From a virus (Duplodnaviria > Caudoviricetes), in IMG/VR virus record IMGVR_UViG_3300027265_000049, positions 1-40,204 of that record: a stretch of DNA of 40,204 bases. One strand, written 5' to 3'. The notes beneath the pieces are model-generated. The model did not search any database, was not told where the DNA came from, and saw nothing but the letters and a program-made list of their open reading frames with translations. The translations under genes were made by a program, and so were the position numbers. Of the stretch, positions 17,976-27,800 are shown piece by piece. Every line of letters begins with the position of its first letter. The first letter of the stretch is position 1.

Positions 17976-18007
17976 CTAATTTACTGCTTTTTAATGACAT
18001 GTGCAAA
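17976..18007 (-). promoter_or_regulatory. host-sigma-type promoter for the ArdC cassette
   Basis: Minus strand TTTG-N20-TAAATTAG, near match to Bacteroidota -33/-7 consensus TTTG...TAnnTTTG. Confidence 0.6.
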
Positions 18008-18311
18008 TAAATAAATCAGTCAAAGTGTTGTAATATAGCATGTTGTAATTTTTAAAGCGATTGGAAAGCACAAATCTTTAAGCAATCAGTTGAAAAAATA
18101 TTTTACCTCATAAATTTCAAACAGACAGCAGATAATTAAATGTTGGGCTTTAAAATACCTCACTATTAAGATTGAATCTAAATTATAAAATCAGGTCAAT
18201 TACCACTAAAAACCACTATCAAAACTTTCCCATAAATAATAAGTTAAGCAACTGTAAACCAACGAAAAAGGATTATGAAAAAGGGATTGTCTCCCTTTTT
18301 TCAGGGAGTAC

Positions 18312-18325
18312 ACCCCGCGCCGCCC
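18312..18325. other. candidate cos / packaging cleavage site
   Basis: GC island ACCCCGCGCCGCCC (reverse complement GGGCGGCGCGGGGT) in AT-rich non-coding DNA between terL and portal. Confidence 0.35.
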
Positions 18326-18487
18326 TGCCCAGAAATGGTGATCACAGGGTCGAAAAATCATGAAATATGCCATAATTTTTTGATAAATAGGGTGCGCCGT
18401 GTGTGTGGTTTTGCGTGAGGATTTTTTGGTAATTACAAAGGTTTTGTTGTACCTTGCAGCATTATTGTTAACCCTAATGCGCTACCT

Positions 18488-19042
18488 ATGAAAAAGCTAA
18501 TGTTTATAGTGCTATTTCTCCCCTTCATTTCTAATGCACAGCAGTACACTGAGGTTATTAATGCGACTGGTAAAAGCAGCGATCAATTATATAGTACCGC
18601 TCGTGAATGGTTTGCGGAATCATTTAAGTCTGCAAACAATGTTCTTCAGATGGATGATCCTGTTGCAGGTAAGCTTATTGGTAAGGGTTCTTTTAATTTG
18701 GTGTTACCGTATAATTCGATGATAGGCTCAATTCCAATTAAGATTCCAGTATCCTTCACAATCAAAGTATTTGTGAAGGATTCTCTTTATAAGTACGATA
18801 TAGGATCTTTGTTTATCGATAGCAATGGATCACCTCATTCACTTGAAGAGTTTAAAGCTGCTTCAACAGAAGATGGCGCTCGCAAAACACTGATAGAATT
18901 GGGAGGCATGAAGAATCCTTCAGATAAGATGATAAAGAAAACAGCTGATTACAATGCCATCATATTTAGGCTCTCTGAAGTTGAGATAAATAAAACGATT
19001 GCATCTTTAAAAGGTAAGATGAGTTCATCAGATAATTGGTAA
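18488..19042 (+). CDS. secreted DUF4468-like protein (moron)
   Basis: Signal peptide MKKLMFIVLFLPFISNA-Q; LYSTAREWFAESFKSANNVLQMDDPVAGKLIGKG. Confidence 0.75.
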   Translation: MKKLMFIVLFLPFISNAQQYTEVINATGKSSDQLYSTAREWFAESFKSANNVLQMDDPVAGKLIGKGSFNLVLPYNSMIGSIPIKIPVSFTIKVFVKDSLYKYDIGSLFIDSNGSPHSLEEFKAASTEDGARKTLIELGGMKNPSDKMIKKTADYNAIIFRLSEVEINKTIASLKGKMSSSDNW

Positions 19043-19060
19043 TTTAATCTGTAAATGAGT

Positions 19061-19093
19061 GTTGCATTTCTCAAATAAATCTCCATATCTTTG
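19061..19093 (+). promoter_or_regulatory. host-sigma-type promoter
   Basis: GTTG-N21-TATCTTTG (perfect -7 box). Confidence 0.7.
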
Positions 19094-19096
19094 AAG

Positions 19097-19252
19097 TGCG
19101 ACATCATTACAATCAAACTGTTCCGATATTCAGCTAAAAATCGGTAATTAAAAATATGAATCGAGGGTTTTACTCTTCAGTTCTCGGACTGTTTTGTAAT
19201 GGTGTCGCAACCCCCTCGGTTCTCTTTATTTACAATTAAAACGCGACACCAT
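19097..19252 (+). ncRNA. structured leader / antisense-switch RNA (c4/CI-like logic)
   Basis: 19097-19112 pairs with 19194-19209; 19199-19208 alternatively pairs with 19243-19252, covering the start codon. Confidence 0.6.
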
Positions 19253-19526
19253 GAATGAAAACAAATTGATCACTGCAAACGTATCGTTTGAAGTGGATGG
19301 CCAACCCGGCCAAGTTGAAATTGCAGGCATTGACTTCGAAAGCCTGGTGAGAAACATCTTCACTTTTGATCTTGAAAATGAAACGAAAGCAAAAGTTACA
19401 GAATTTACCCTGGATGATGGCCGTCAGTTCCATTTTAACGACTATGTAGTTCATGCCTGGCTTGATCATGGCCGTATCGATGAAGAAAAATTCATTGAAA
19501 TGAGCCTTTTGAAGAAAGATTTATAA
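19251..19526 (+). CDS. small acidic hypothetical protein
   Basis: 91 aa downstream of the structured leader. Confidence 0.7.
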   Translation: MNENKLITANVSFEVDGQPGQVEIAGIDFESLVRNIFTFDLENETKAKVTEFTLDDGRQFHFNDYVVHAWLDHGRIDEEKFIEMSLLKKDL

Positions 19527-19535
19527 ATTTGAAGT

Positions 19536-19877
19536 ATGATAAGAGAACTAAAAATATCAGAATATGTGTCGATTACGAATCATTTTGAACGAATGAATCT
19601 ACCGACTTTCGAAAAATACTGGAATGAGATACAGAATGCTGAGAGTGTGGTATTAACATCAGTTCTCAGAGAAATACTTACTCGGGATCCTAAACCAGAG
19701 GACTTCAAAAAGCTATCTAAATCAGTGAGTGGAGATATTTCTCCGGATTACAATCTTTTTTATATGGGATTTCTGATTGGAACAGTTACAATAAAATATG
19801 GGGAGCCTGTAGATAACCCATTTTACGCAGTTTATTTTACACCGGCGACAATCCCAATTAAGTTAATGGAACGGTAA
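19536..19877 (+). CDS. hypothetical protein
   Basis: 113 aa followed by a terminator. Confidence 0.65.
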   Translation: MIRELKISEYVSITNHFERMNLPTFEKYWNEIQNAESVVLTSVLREILTRDPKPEDFKKLSKSVSGDISPDYNLFYMGFLIGTVTIKYGEPVDNPFYAVYFTPATIPIKLMER

Positions 19878-19902
19878 GATTCATATTTCATTTATACTTC
19901 AT

Positions 19903-19935
19903 AAAAACCCGGATATAACCCTATCCGGGTTTTTT
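19903..19935. terminator. bidirectional intrinsic terminator
   Basis: AAAAACCCGGATA-loop-TATCCGGGTTTTTT. Confidence 0.85.
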
Positions 19936-19937
19936 GT

Positions 19938-19973
19938 TGTCCTTTTTCAACCTCCATTCTGGGTCTATCTTGC
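19938..19973 (+). promoter_or_regulatory. putative late promoter (portal/tail operon)
   Basis: TGTCCTTT-N20-TATCTTGC. Confidence 0.65.
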
Positions 19974-19986
19974 TTCAAAAAAGGCA

Positions 19987-20202
19987 ATGATACATCTTTC
20001 TAAAGTTCACAAGATCAAAGGTAAGATCTCAATCGTGTTTGTCGAAGAATCAGGCGCTAAAGTGACCGGCAAAGAGGTTGTAATCACTTCTTTTCACTCC
20101 AAAGGCCGGACGCTGAATATCAAGTTCTGCAACTCAGAGCAAATCCGGACCGTGCGCCGTTGCACCATTACCCACATTAACGATCAGGAGGTTTATTTAT
20201 GA
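19987..20202 (+). CDS. small protein preceding portal
   Basis: 71 aa, ATGA overlap with portal. Confidence 0.7.
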   Translation: MIHLSKVHKIKGKISIVFVEESGAKVTGKEVVITSFHSKGRTLNIKFCNSEQIRTVRRCTITHINDQEVYL

Positions 20203-21521
20203 ATAACATTATCAGTGTTGGCGGCATAGCCTACCTTCCGGAGGCGAAGGCTATTATTGCCATGACTCCCAGCAGCGATTTGTACTCTGAACCGGATACT
20301 ACCATCGATGTGGGCAAATACAAAAAGATAGTTCCCTGGGGCGATGATAACATGTGGCCACAACAGGTCGTTCTTAATTCTCAGAAAAGCGAAGTGGTGT
20401 CTTCGAACATCGAGTTCAATGTGTTGGCCGGTTATGGTCAAGGGATTAAACCAATGCGCCGGATTCTCGAAGGGAATAAAATTGTTGATTTTCAGGAAAT
20501 ATTCTCGGGCGAAGTATACGACTGGTGCGAAGACAATGACCTGGACGGTTATTTCCTCGAACAGCTTAACGACTTGAAAACCTTCTACAATCCATTTCCT
20601 GAAATCATTGTATCAAACGATGGCCAAAAAATTACCTCCCTCCGGAGCAAAGAAGCAACATTCTCCAGATGGGGTGCCATTAATGCAAAAGAAGGTCGGA
20701 TCACCAGGCATTTCTATTCCGCAAAATGGGGAGATAATCCACAGGAAGCAGATGTGGTATTTACAGATGTGATTGACCGGTTCTACATGATTGATTCATT
20801 AACCGAATACATTGCTAAGAAAAAACGTCGCTTCATTGTCCCAATCAATTTTCCTACTCCAGGGCGAAGCTATTACCAGTGGGCCACCTGGCACAGCATT
20901 TTCTTTTCAGGTTGGTTCGATTACGCTTTAATGATTCCTGCATTCAAGAAAGCTCTGCTTAAAAACGGCCTGGGAGTGAAGTTCATTATTTACCTATCGC
21001 CAAAATACTTTTCAAATATATTTAAGAATGAAGGTATTGACATCAACGATCAGGAAGCAACTCAGGCACGTATTTCAAAAGAACATGCAGACTTTCAGGC
21101 GTTCCTTACCAATGCCGAAAATGCCGGAAAAGGAATTGTCGCCATCAAAGAAATGATTGCTTCTGCAGCTGGCGCAGTTCAGGAAAAACACATCGAAATT
21201 GAGGAAGTAAAAACAAAGATGTCGGGTGGCGAATTGAACGAAGATTCTTCTGAAGCTTCATCGATGATATCTTATGCCATGGGTGTTGATCAGGAAATGC
21301 CAGGGAAAAACTCCGGGAGCATGTCCGGAACTGATAAACGGGAACGTTTCATGATCCGTCAGTCTTTAATGAAACCTATCCGGGACCGTCTTTTACGCCC
21401 ACTCCAGTTGGTAAAACGATTCAATAAATGGGAAGATGATATTGTATTTGTCATTCCCGACATTGAATTTACTACCCTCGATCAAAACAAATCAGGCAAA
21501 CAGGAAACCAAAAAAACTTAA
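20199..21521 (+). CDS. portal protein
   Basis: 440 aa; VPWGDDNMWP near N-terminus, YYQWATW, and ISYAMGV...SGTDKRE...PIRDRLLRPL clip/crown-like pattern; position between terL and head-tail genes. Confidence 0.75.
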   Translation: MNNIISVGGIAYLPEAKAIIAMTPSSDLYSEPDTTIDVGKYKKIVPWGDDNMWPQQVVLNSQKSEVVSSNIEFNVLAGYGQGIKPMRRILEGNKIVDFQEIFSGEVYDWCEDNDLDGYFLEQLNDLKTFYNPFPEIIVSNDGQKITSLRSKEATFSRWGAINAKEGRITRHFYSAKWGDNPQEADVVFTDVIDRFYMIDSLTEYIAKKKRRFIVPINFPTPGRSYYQWATWHSIFFSGWFDYALMIPAFKKALLKNGLGVKFIIYLSPKYFSNIFKNEGIDINDQEATQARISKEHADFQAFLTNAENAGKGIVAIKEMIASAAGAVQEKHIEIEEVKTKMSGGELNEDSSEASSMISYAMGVDQEMPGKNSGSMSGTDKRERFMIRQSLMKPIRDRLLRPLQLVKRFNKWEDDIVFVIPDIEFTTLDQNKSGKQETKKT

Positions 21522-21524
21522 GCT

Positions 21525-22412
21525 ATGCTGGTAGATACTATTGGAAAAATGACCAAGGTCATCCCGACCATTGCGGATGACGATTTAAGCAAATTTGATG
21601 CTTACCTGGTTGATGCCAGGCGTTGGCTGAAGCGCGAAATTACTGGACCTGATTTGTACGATCTTCTGGAAACTATTTTGGTTGCAGAATTGCCTGCAGA
21701 ACCCACGGACGAACAAAGGGCCGCATTTGCACAGGATGCCGATTTATTGGCGCTGGCTGAAGCTATAGTTGCATACAAAGCCTATTACGAGGCAATTCCT
21801 TTTGTCGATCTCATCGGCACTTCCTCCGGTTTTGCGGTTACAAACAGCCAAACACATGCACCGGCATCCAAAGAACGTGTTGCTGCCCTTCGCCTGGCAA
21901 CCCTTAAATGGATTGGCGAATCGATTGAAAACCTGTTGGAATTTCTGGAAGAGCATCCCGATTATCACGACGAATGGAAAGGCTCTCCGGCTTACACGTT
22001 GCTGTCCGACACTTTTATTCTGACCGTTCGCGAGTTCCGGAAGTATGCCCAATTCGACGGCAGCCGTCTGGAGTGGATCAAGCTACACCCCGAAATGATG
22101 AATGCTATGCGCCTGAAGATTGGTTCCCGGATCAGTCCGGAGCTGTCAGATCAGATACTGGAACAATTACGCGACGGTGACTTGACCGACAAAAACAAGG
22201 CAATCCTCGAAAACCTTCGTTTTGCGTTTGCCAATTTCACCATTGGTAATAACGATCTGGCCGAATCGTACCTGGTGCGGGTTCGCAACGTGATCATGAA
22301 AAAACCGGACGATTATCCAGCCTTCCGGGATAGTGACTTATATGCCACAATTTTGGCCAATACCGTTGCCAAAAACAAAACTGAAAACTCAATTTTTAGA
22401 GCCGGATTATAA
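21525..22412 (+). CDS. DUF6712-like protein, probable head-tail adaptor
   Basis: AYYEAIPFVDL...GFAV...APASKERV...LLEFLE; directly after portal. Confidence 0.65.
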   Translation: MLVDTIGKMTKVIPTIADDDLSKFDAYLVDARRWLKREITGPDLYDLLETILVAELPAEPTDEQRAAFAQDADLLALAEAIVAYKAYYEAIPFVDLIGTSSGFAVTNSQTHAPASKERVAALRLATLKWIGESIENLLEFLEEHPDYHDEWKGSPAYTLLSDTFILTVREFRKYAQFDGSRLEWIKLHPEMMNAMRLKIGSRISPELSDQILEQLRDGDLTDKNKAILENLRFAFANFTIGNNDLAESYLVRVRNVIMKKPDDYPAFRDSDLYATILANTVAKNKTENSIFRAGL

Positions 22413-22485
22413 AACATATAACATGAAAAAAAGGGGATGCCGAAAACCTTTAAGAGAGTAGGCAAATACATAAATACATACAGAA

Positions 22486-22782
22486 ATGACAAGGGTTAAT
22501 TTAAAAAAAACAAAAGATTGGGCAAATTTTATTCTGAGAAGAATTGATGCCGATTTAGTTGAAACAGACACAATGCTTGGTGGTTTTTACTCATTCTTTT
22601 CGTTAGAAAAACATCCTCACAGATTTCAGGAAGTAACAAAAATATGGTCTGAGGGTGACCTTAAGGATGTTTATGCAGTTATTACGTTTTTTGATCATTC
22701 TATCATGCCATTGTACGAAGGGTCGGAATACTATGTAATGACAGACACTGGAGGAACAGTAGCAAATAGAACCAAAAAGTAA
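22486..22782 (+). CDS. hypothetical moron protein
   Basis: 98 aa, AT-rich, C-terminal PLY...YYVMTDTGGT; flanked by hairpins. Confidence 0.7.
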   Translation: MTRVNLKKTKDWANFILRRIDADLVETDTMLGGFYSFFSLEKHPHRFQEVTKIWSEGDLKDVYAVITFFDHSIMPLYEGSEYYVMTDTGGTVANRTKK

Positions 22783-22787
22783 TTTTT

Positions 22788-22822
22788 TTAAGCAAGTATA
22801 GGAGTGTTCCTATGCTTGCTTA
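22788..22822. terminator. long hairpin after the moron
   Basis: TAAGCAAGTATAGGA-GTGT-TCCTATGCTTGCTTA. Confidence 0.6.
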
Positions 22823-22849
22823 TACTGGTGACTTTAATAAATATTACAC

Positions 22850-23617
22850 ATGAAACGAATTGACCTCAAAAAATTACCTGCAGCCTGGCATGAGTTGACA
22901 CTTGATCAGATTTATGCCGTGTCAAAGCTTTATATCCGGAATGTTGGCCCCAAAGATTTCGCTGTTCGTTTTTTCCTATCAATTAGCGGCTGGAAGTTGC
23001 TCCGGAAGAAAGAATTAACTGAATTTGGGAAGTCATGGTATTGGTTCAGTGCAAAAGGGAAAGGCAAGTTTCTGGTTGATGGTGACCTGTATTCCGATTT
23101 TGTAGAATCCCTCAAGTGGATTGTATCAGACATCAAACTGATTTCAGTACTCCCTGAATTTGGGCAGTTTATACCGGTTGATGTTCGTTTGTACGAAGTG
23201 TCGCTGGATGAATACTTATTCCTCGATTCAGCTTTTACATCCTACGTTAAAACCAAGCGGGTCAAGTTTCTGAACCGAATGTTAGCGATTGTTTACCGGA
23301 CCAAAAAGGAAACATGGAACAGTGCTATCCTGGATAAAAAAGCCCGTTGGTTCTGGCTCGTTCCATTCTACAAAAAGTATGTGGTTTTTCTCTGGTATAT
23401 CGGGCTAAAAATATTTCTGAAGGATAAATATCCTTTCGTCTGGCAGAATTCCGAATCCGGGGAAATCTCGCACGTTGATGCCATTCTAAATCTGCTTTCA
23501 TCGCTCAATAATGGTGATGTTACGCGGAACAAAGAACTCTTCAAAACTCATGTTCATGAAGCTCTTCATGAACTTAACCTGAAATCAGAACAGGCCATCA
23601 AACTCAAATCAAAATAA
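22850..23617 (+). CDS. phage morphogenesis protein (tail-assembly-chaperone-like)
   Basis: LPAAWHELT N-terminus; position between adaptor and tail genes. Confidence 0.6.
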   Translation: MKRIDLKKLPAAWHELTLDQIYAVSKLYIRNVGPKDFAVRFFLSISGWKLLRKKELTEFGKSWYWFSAKGKGKFLVDGDLYSDFVESLKWIVSDIKLISVLPEFGQFIPVDVRLYEVSLDEYLFLDSAFTSYVKTKRVKFLNRMLAIVYRTKKETWNSAILDKKARWFWLVPFYKKYVVFLWYIGLKIFLKDKYPFVWQNSESGEISHVDAILNLLSSLNNGDVTRNKELFKTHVHEALHELNLKSEQAIKLKSK

Positions 23618-23619
23618 CC

Positions 23620-23922
23620 ATGTCACGGAAAATTGATTGCAATGAATGCGGTAAGTTTCTTTTTGAAACTGACAAACAATCCGATGGCGCTGCTGGATCT
23701 GAAGCTCAGGATAAAGGTTTTGTTTTCAAGATGCCATTCCTGTTTACAAATAAATATGGCTGCTTATTTTTCTGTGATCACGTTTGCGCTAAGTCATTTT
23801 ATGACAAGAATATACCGAAGGATCCGGAAATGTCTAAAAAACTTGAGGAACTGAAGGCCGATATACCTCGCATTGCAAAAGAAACCTGCAAGAGGATAGG
23901 TAAAATAGTAAATCGTAAATAA
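23620..23922 (+). CDS. small Cys-rich zinc-binding hypothetical protein
   Basis: CNEC and FCDHVC motifs. Confidence 0.65.
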   Translation: MSRKIDCNECGKFLFETDKQSDGAAGSEAQDKGFVFKMPFLFTNKYGCLFFCDHVCAKSFYDKNIPKDPEMSKKLEELKADIPRIAKETCKRIGKIVNRK

Positions 23923-23944
23923 TAAAATCGTAAATCTTTCTATC

Positions 23945-24418
23945 ATGTTCGATCAATACACTTACCTCAATAACCTGGTTACTGTAGTTCCTGAAGGCGA
24001 AGAAACAACGGTTATTCCTGAAATTAAAGCAGTGAAACGAATCTCCGGACTTAGTAATCTGGAAGAAATGCTTAAGGATCTTCGCGGGCTTCAGTACCCG
24101 CTGATTTTGGCTGAAGACAAAGGCGACGGTTTTCTTTCATTTTCCGGCCGGAATTTAGATAACGGCTACCATTCTTTTTACCTGGTGTCGAAAGCTAAAA
24201 TAGAGAACAGCAATTCCAGAATCGAAGTACAGGCGCTGTGCATGGCCCTGGGCAAAAAGGTATTCAAAAAAATGCTGGCCGACTCCGAAAATTTTGGAGA
24301 TCCGTCTTATGGGTTCGACAGCGGCCGGATTGATTACATGCGCATTGGTCCGCTGGTCAACAACTTTCACGGGTATTCCTTCAGCTACATCATTAAGGAC
24401 GAAAATATAACTCTGTAA
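23945..24418 (+). CDS. probable tail terminator / completion protein
   Basis: 157 aa; position upstream of tape measure. Confidence 0.55.
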   Translation: MFDQYTYLNNLVTVVPEGEETTVIPEIKAVKRISGLSNLEEMLKDLRGLQYPLILAEDKGDGFLSFSGRNLDNGYHSFYLVSKAKIENSNSRIEVQALCMALGKKVFKKMLADSENFGDPSYGFDSGRIDYMRIGPLVNNFHGYSFSYIIKDENITL

Positions 24419-24810
24419 TGAGCGAAAATCTGGATCTCAAGCTAACGGCTGAAGAATGGGCGCGGATTACCATCGAACGATGGGAAAACAAAATTGCGCG
24501 GCTCAAAATTTTCCGTTCGGGTGACTTGGCCAGGAGTTTCGAACATCATGTTATCGTCAATGCGAACGGCAATCCGGAATTGATCCAGTTTGCTTTTTTG
24601 TATTACGGAAAATTCGTCGATATGGGTGTAGGTAACGGGGTTAAGTACGATGATGTTGAAGGCAGCAATCGACGGCCAAAACCTTGGTATAGTAGAACAT
24701 TCTTTGCAGAAATTGAAAAGCTCAAGGAAATATGGGCCGAAAAATATGGGCTGAAAGCTCAAATGACAATCATCGACACTGTTGATGAAAATTCAGGGAG
24801 GAACGAATAA
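24418..24810 (+). CDS. probable tail completion / neck protein
   Basis: SGDLARSF...YYGKFVDMGVG...RRPKPWY, resembling HK97-gp10-like virion morphogenesis proteins. Confidence 0.6.
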   Translation: MSENLDLKLTAEEWARITIERWENKIARLKIFRSGDLARSFEHHVIVNANGNPELIQFAFLYYGKFVDMGVGNGVKYDDVEGSNRRPKPWYSRTFFAEIEKLKEIWAEKYGLKAQMTIIDTVDENSGRNE

Positions 24811-27800
24811 TGGCTAAAGAAGTAGCAAAAGCAACGATTTATCTGGAAGGGCATCAGGCAGAGGCCGTATTAGATTCACTCTCCAGGCGTGGGAAACAAG
24901 TCAGGAAAGATTTTGAAGAGGCACAAAAGGCAGGTGATCAGATCAAGATGAATAAGCTTGAGAAGGAACTGCGTGGCATTGAATCAGCGCAAAGGTCCGT
25001 CCGGAAGGAATCATTTGACACTCAAAAAGTACTTCAGAACCTGAACGGATCATCTTTCAATGATCTCACTAAAGCTTTAAAGCAGTCTCAACGCGAATTA
25101 AGAAGAATGGGTGAAACCGATCCGGGATATAAAGATAAACTCCGGGATGTGGTTACTCTCAAAACAAGGGTAAAGGAGTTAAGCGATCAGCAGGCCGTTC
25201 ATACTTCCTTATGGGGCAAAATGGCAAACGGGGCAAATAAATACTTCAATGTCATGATGGCTGGAGTTGCTATCATCACTGGAGTTCTCTTTTCTATGAG
25301 CCAGTTTGTGAAAGGTATGCTCGGCCTCGATGATGCTTTGGCCGATGTGATGAAGACTACCAACTTAACCCGGCGCGAAGTCAGGGAAATGTATGTCGAT
25401 TTCAGATATCTGAATACACGAACTCCACGCATGGAGCTGCTTGCTTTAGCTGAAGAAGCCGGACGTTTGGGAAAAACCGGAAAGCGTGACATCATGGATT
25501 TTGTAGAAGTGGCAAACAAAATCAAGATATCGCTTGGTGATGATTTGGGAGGTAATGCCGATGAAGCTATTCGGGATGTAGGTAAGCTTACTCAAATCTA
25601 TAAGGTTGGAATACAGTATAACACCGATTTCAAAACAAGTTTGGAAAAAGTTGGATCCGGATTAAACCAGGTGGCTAATAATTCAAATGCTTCGGCCGGT
25701 TACCTCGTTGAGTACATGAAACGAACCGGAGGAATTGCAGATCAGGCTAAAATTTCCGCCGCAAACATTATGGGTTACGCATCTACTTTTGACCAACTAG
25801 GGCAAAATGTTGAAATGGCCGCTACTGCACAAAGTAAAGTTATTGTTGACATGTTTACCAATCCGGCTAACTATGCGAAAATTGCTAAAATGGAAATCGG
25901 AGCTTTCACTAAGCTTTTAAATACTGATACAAACGAAGCCTTCATCAAGTTTTTGGAGGGATTAAACGGTAACAACGAAGGCCTTTCTGAAATGGCTACC
26001 AAGCTGGACGATTTGGGCATTGATGGCGCACGGGCAACTCAGGCATTAGCCGCGTTATCTTCCAATACAAAAATGGTTCGTGAACAGCAAATCCTTGCTA
26101 ACGATGCAATGGAGAAAGGCACGTCATTGCAAACAGAGTATGCAATTAAAAATGAAAATCTAGCCGGAAGTTGGGCAAAGGTTACAGCCATTATTCAGGC
26201 AAAATTTATTAATTCAGGATTCATTTCATTCCTGGAAAAGATTGTGGGTAAAATGTCCGAATGGATGCAACAGCCGGTTGAAGCTAAATTGCAAAAAGAA
26301 CAACAGGAATTGAATGTTCTGGTTGGAGCAATCACCAATGTCAATACCAAACAGGAGAACCGGAATGACCTGATTAAAGAGATCCAGGATAAATATCCTG
26401 ACTTCCTGAAAAACCTCAATACTGAATCACTGACCAATGATCAGCTAAAAACCAGGTTGGAGGAAGTGAACAAACAGTATGAAGACAGGATCCTGCTCAT
26501 GATCAAAGAAGATATGCTTCAGAAAAATTACAAGGAGCGTACGGAACTGAAACTGGAGGAGCTTGATTTACTCAAGAAAATAGCTGCCTACGAAATTACT
26601 GCAGCTAAAGCCAGGGAAAAGATTAAAGGGGTAACCGATCCGAATCAATTCAGGTCCATACTTTCTCAAAAAGAGTTTGATGCATTGAACGCTATTCCTA
26701 TTGTTACTGCAGCGCTCGAACGCAATAGGACTAAGGTTGATGAATTGAAAAAGTCTGAACAGGATTTAAATGATGCACTAGGGCAATTACGGCAAAAGAA
26801 TCCTGCTGATGTTTCCACCGGACCAGAAACTCCAACGGTGCCGGATACTCCAATCGCACCTTTATCCGACAAACAAATCAAAGCCAGGATTGAACAGATT
26901 GAAGCTGCGAATAATGCTGAAGTTGCAGCGATCAATAAAAAATTCCTCGAAGAAAAGATCAATGAAGATCAGTTTAAAGGTGAATTGCTTGCACAGGAAT
27001 TGAAGTTCCTGACCAATAAAATGGCCGTATATCGTAAGGGCAGCAAGGAATACACCGAAGCGCAGCAACAATATGCTGAAAAGCAAGTTCAGGCCGAAAA
27101 GGAAGTAAAAGACTTACTTCTGAGGGCTCAGAAAGAACTGGCAAATGCCGGCATTGAAAATATGCAGGATGGTTTTGCAAAGGAAAAAGCTCTGGAGGAA
27201 CAACGTTGGAAAGAAGAATTGGAAGGCCTGAAAAAACAACTGATCGAAAAGCAGAAACTTTCTGATCAGGAAGTTCGCTATAATGAAACAATTCAGAACC
27301 TGATCACTGAAAAGACCAAGGCTCATACAAAAAGGATCAATGACCTGGACACTGCCGGTCTTTTACAAAAGCAGATGGATGCGGCTCTTTTCCATCAGGC
27401 AAAAGCACAAACCGATCAGGAACGTTGGGCTGCAGAGGAAGAAATCGCCCGGGCACAATATTCACAAGAGGTTAAGGATGCAAAGGGTAATGCCACGAAA
27501 ATTGCACAGGCTGAGCGAAAATTATCTGATACGCTGGTTCAGATTAAGACAGACGAACTCGATCGGCGCCAGCAAATTGGTGATGCTGTATTTGGCGCTG
27601 CTAATAATTTATTTGGTGCACTGGTCAATTTAGCCGGAAAAGAATCCGCCCTTGGCAAAGCGCTTTTCCTCTTTCAGCAAGCCGCAGCCGTTGGTCAGAT
27701 TATTTTTAATACCGGTATTGCCAACGCCAAAGCTGTTGCAGCATCACCACTTACATTTGGTCAGCCCTGGGTAGGAATAAACACTGCAACTGCAGCAATT

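Noticed and set aside
18172-18363. 63-aa ORF spanning the candidate cos
   Set aside because: TTG start, low-complexity product; region looks non-coding
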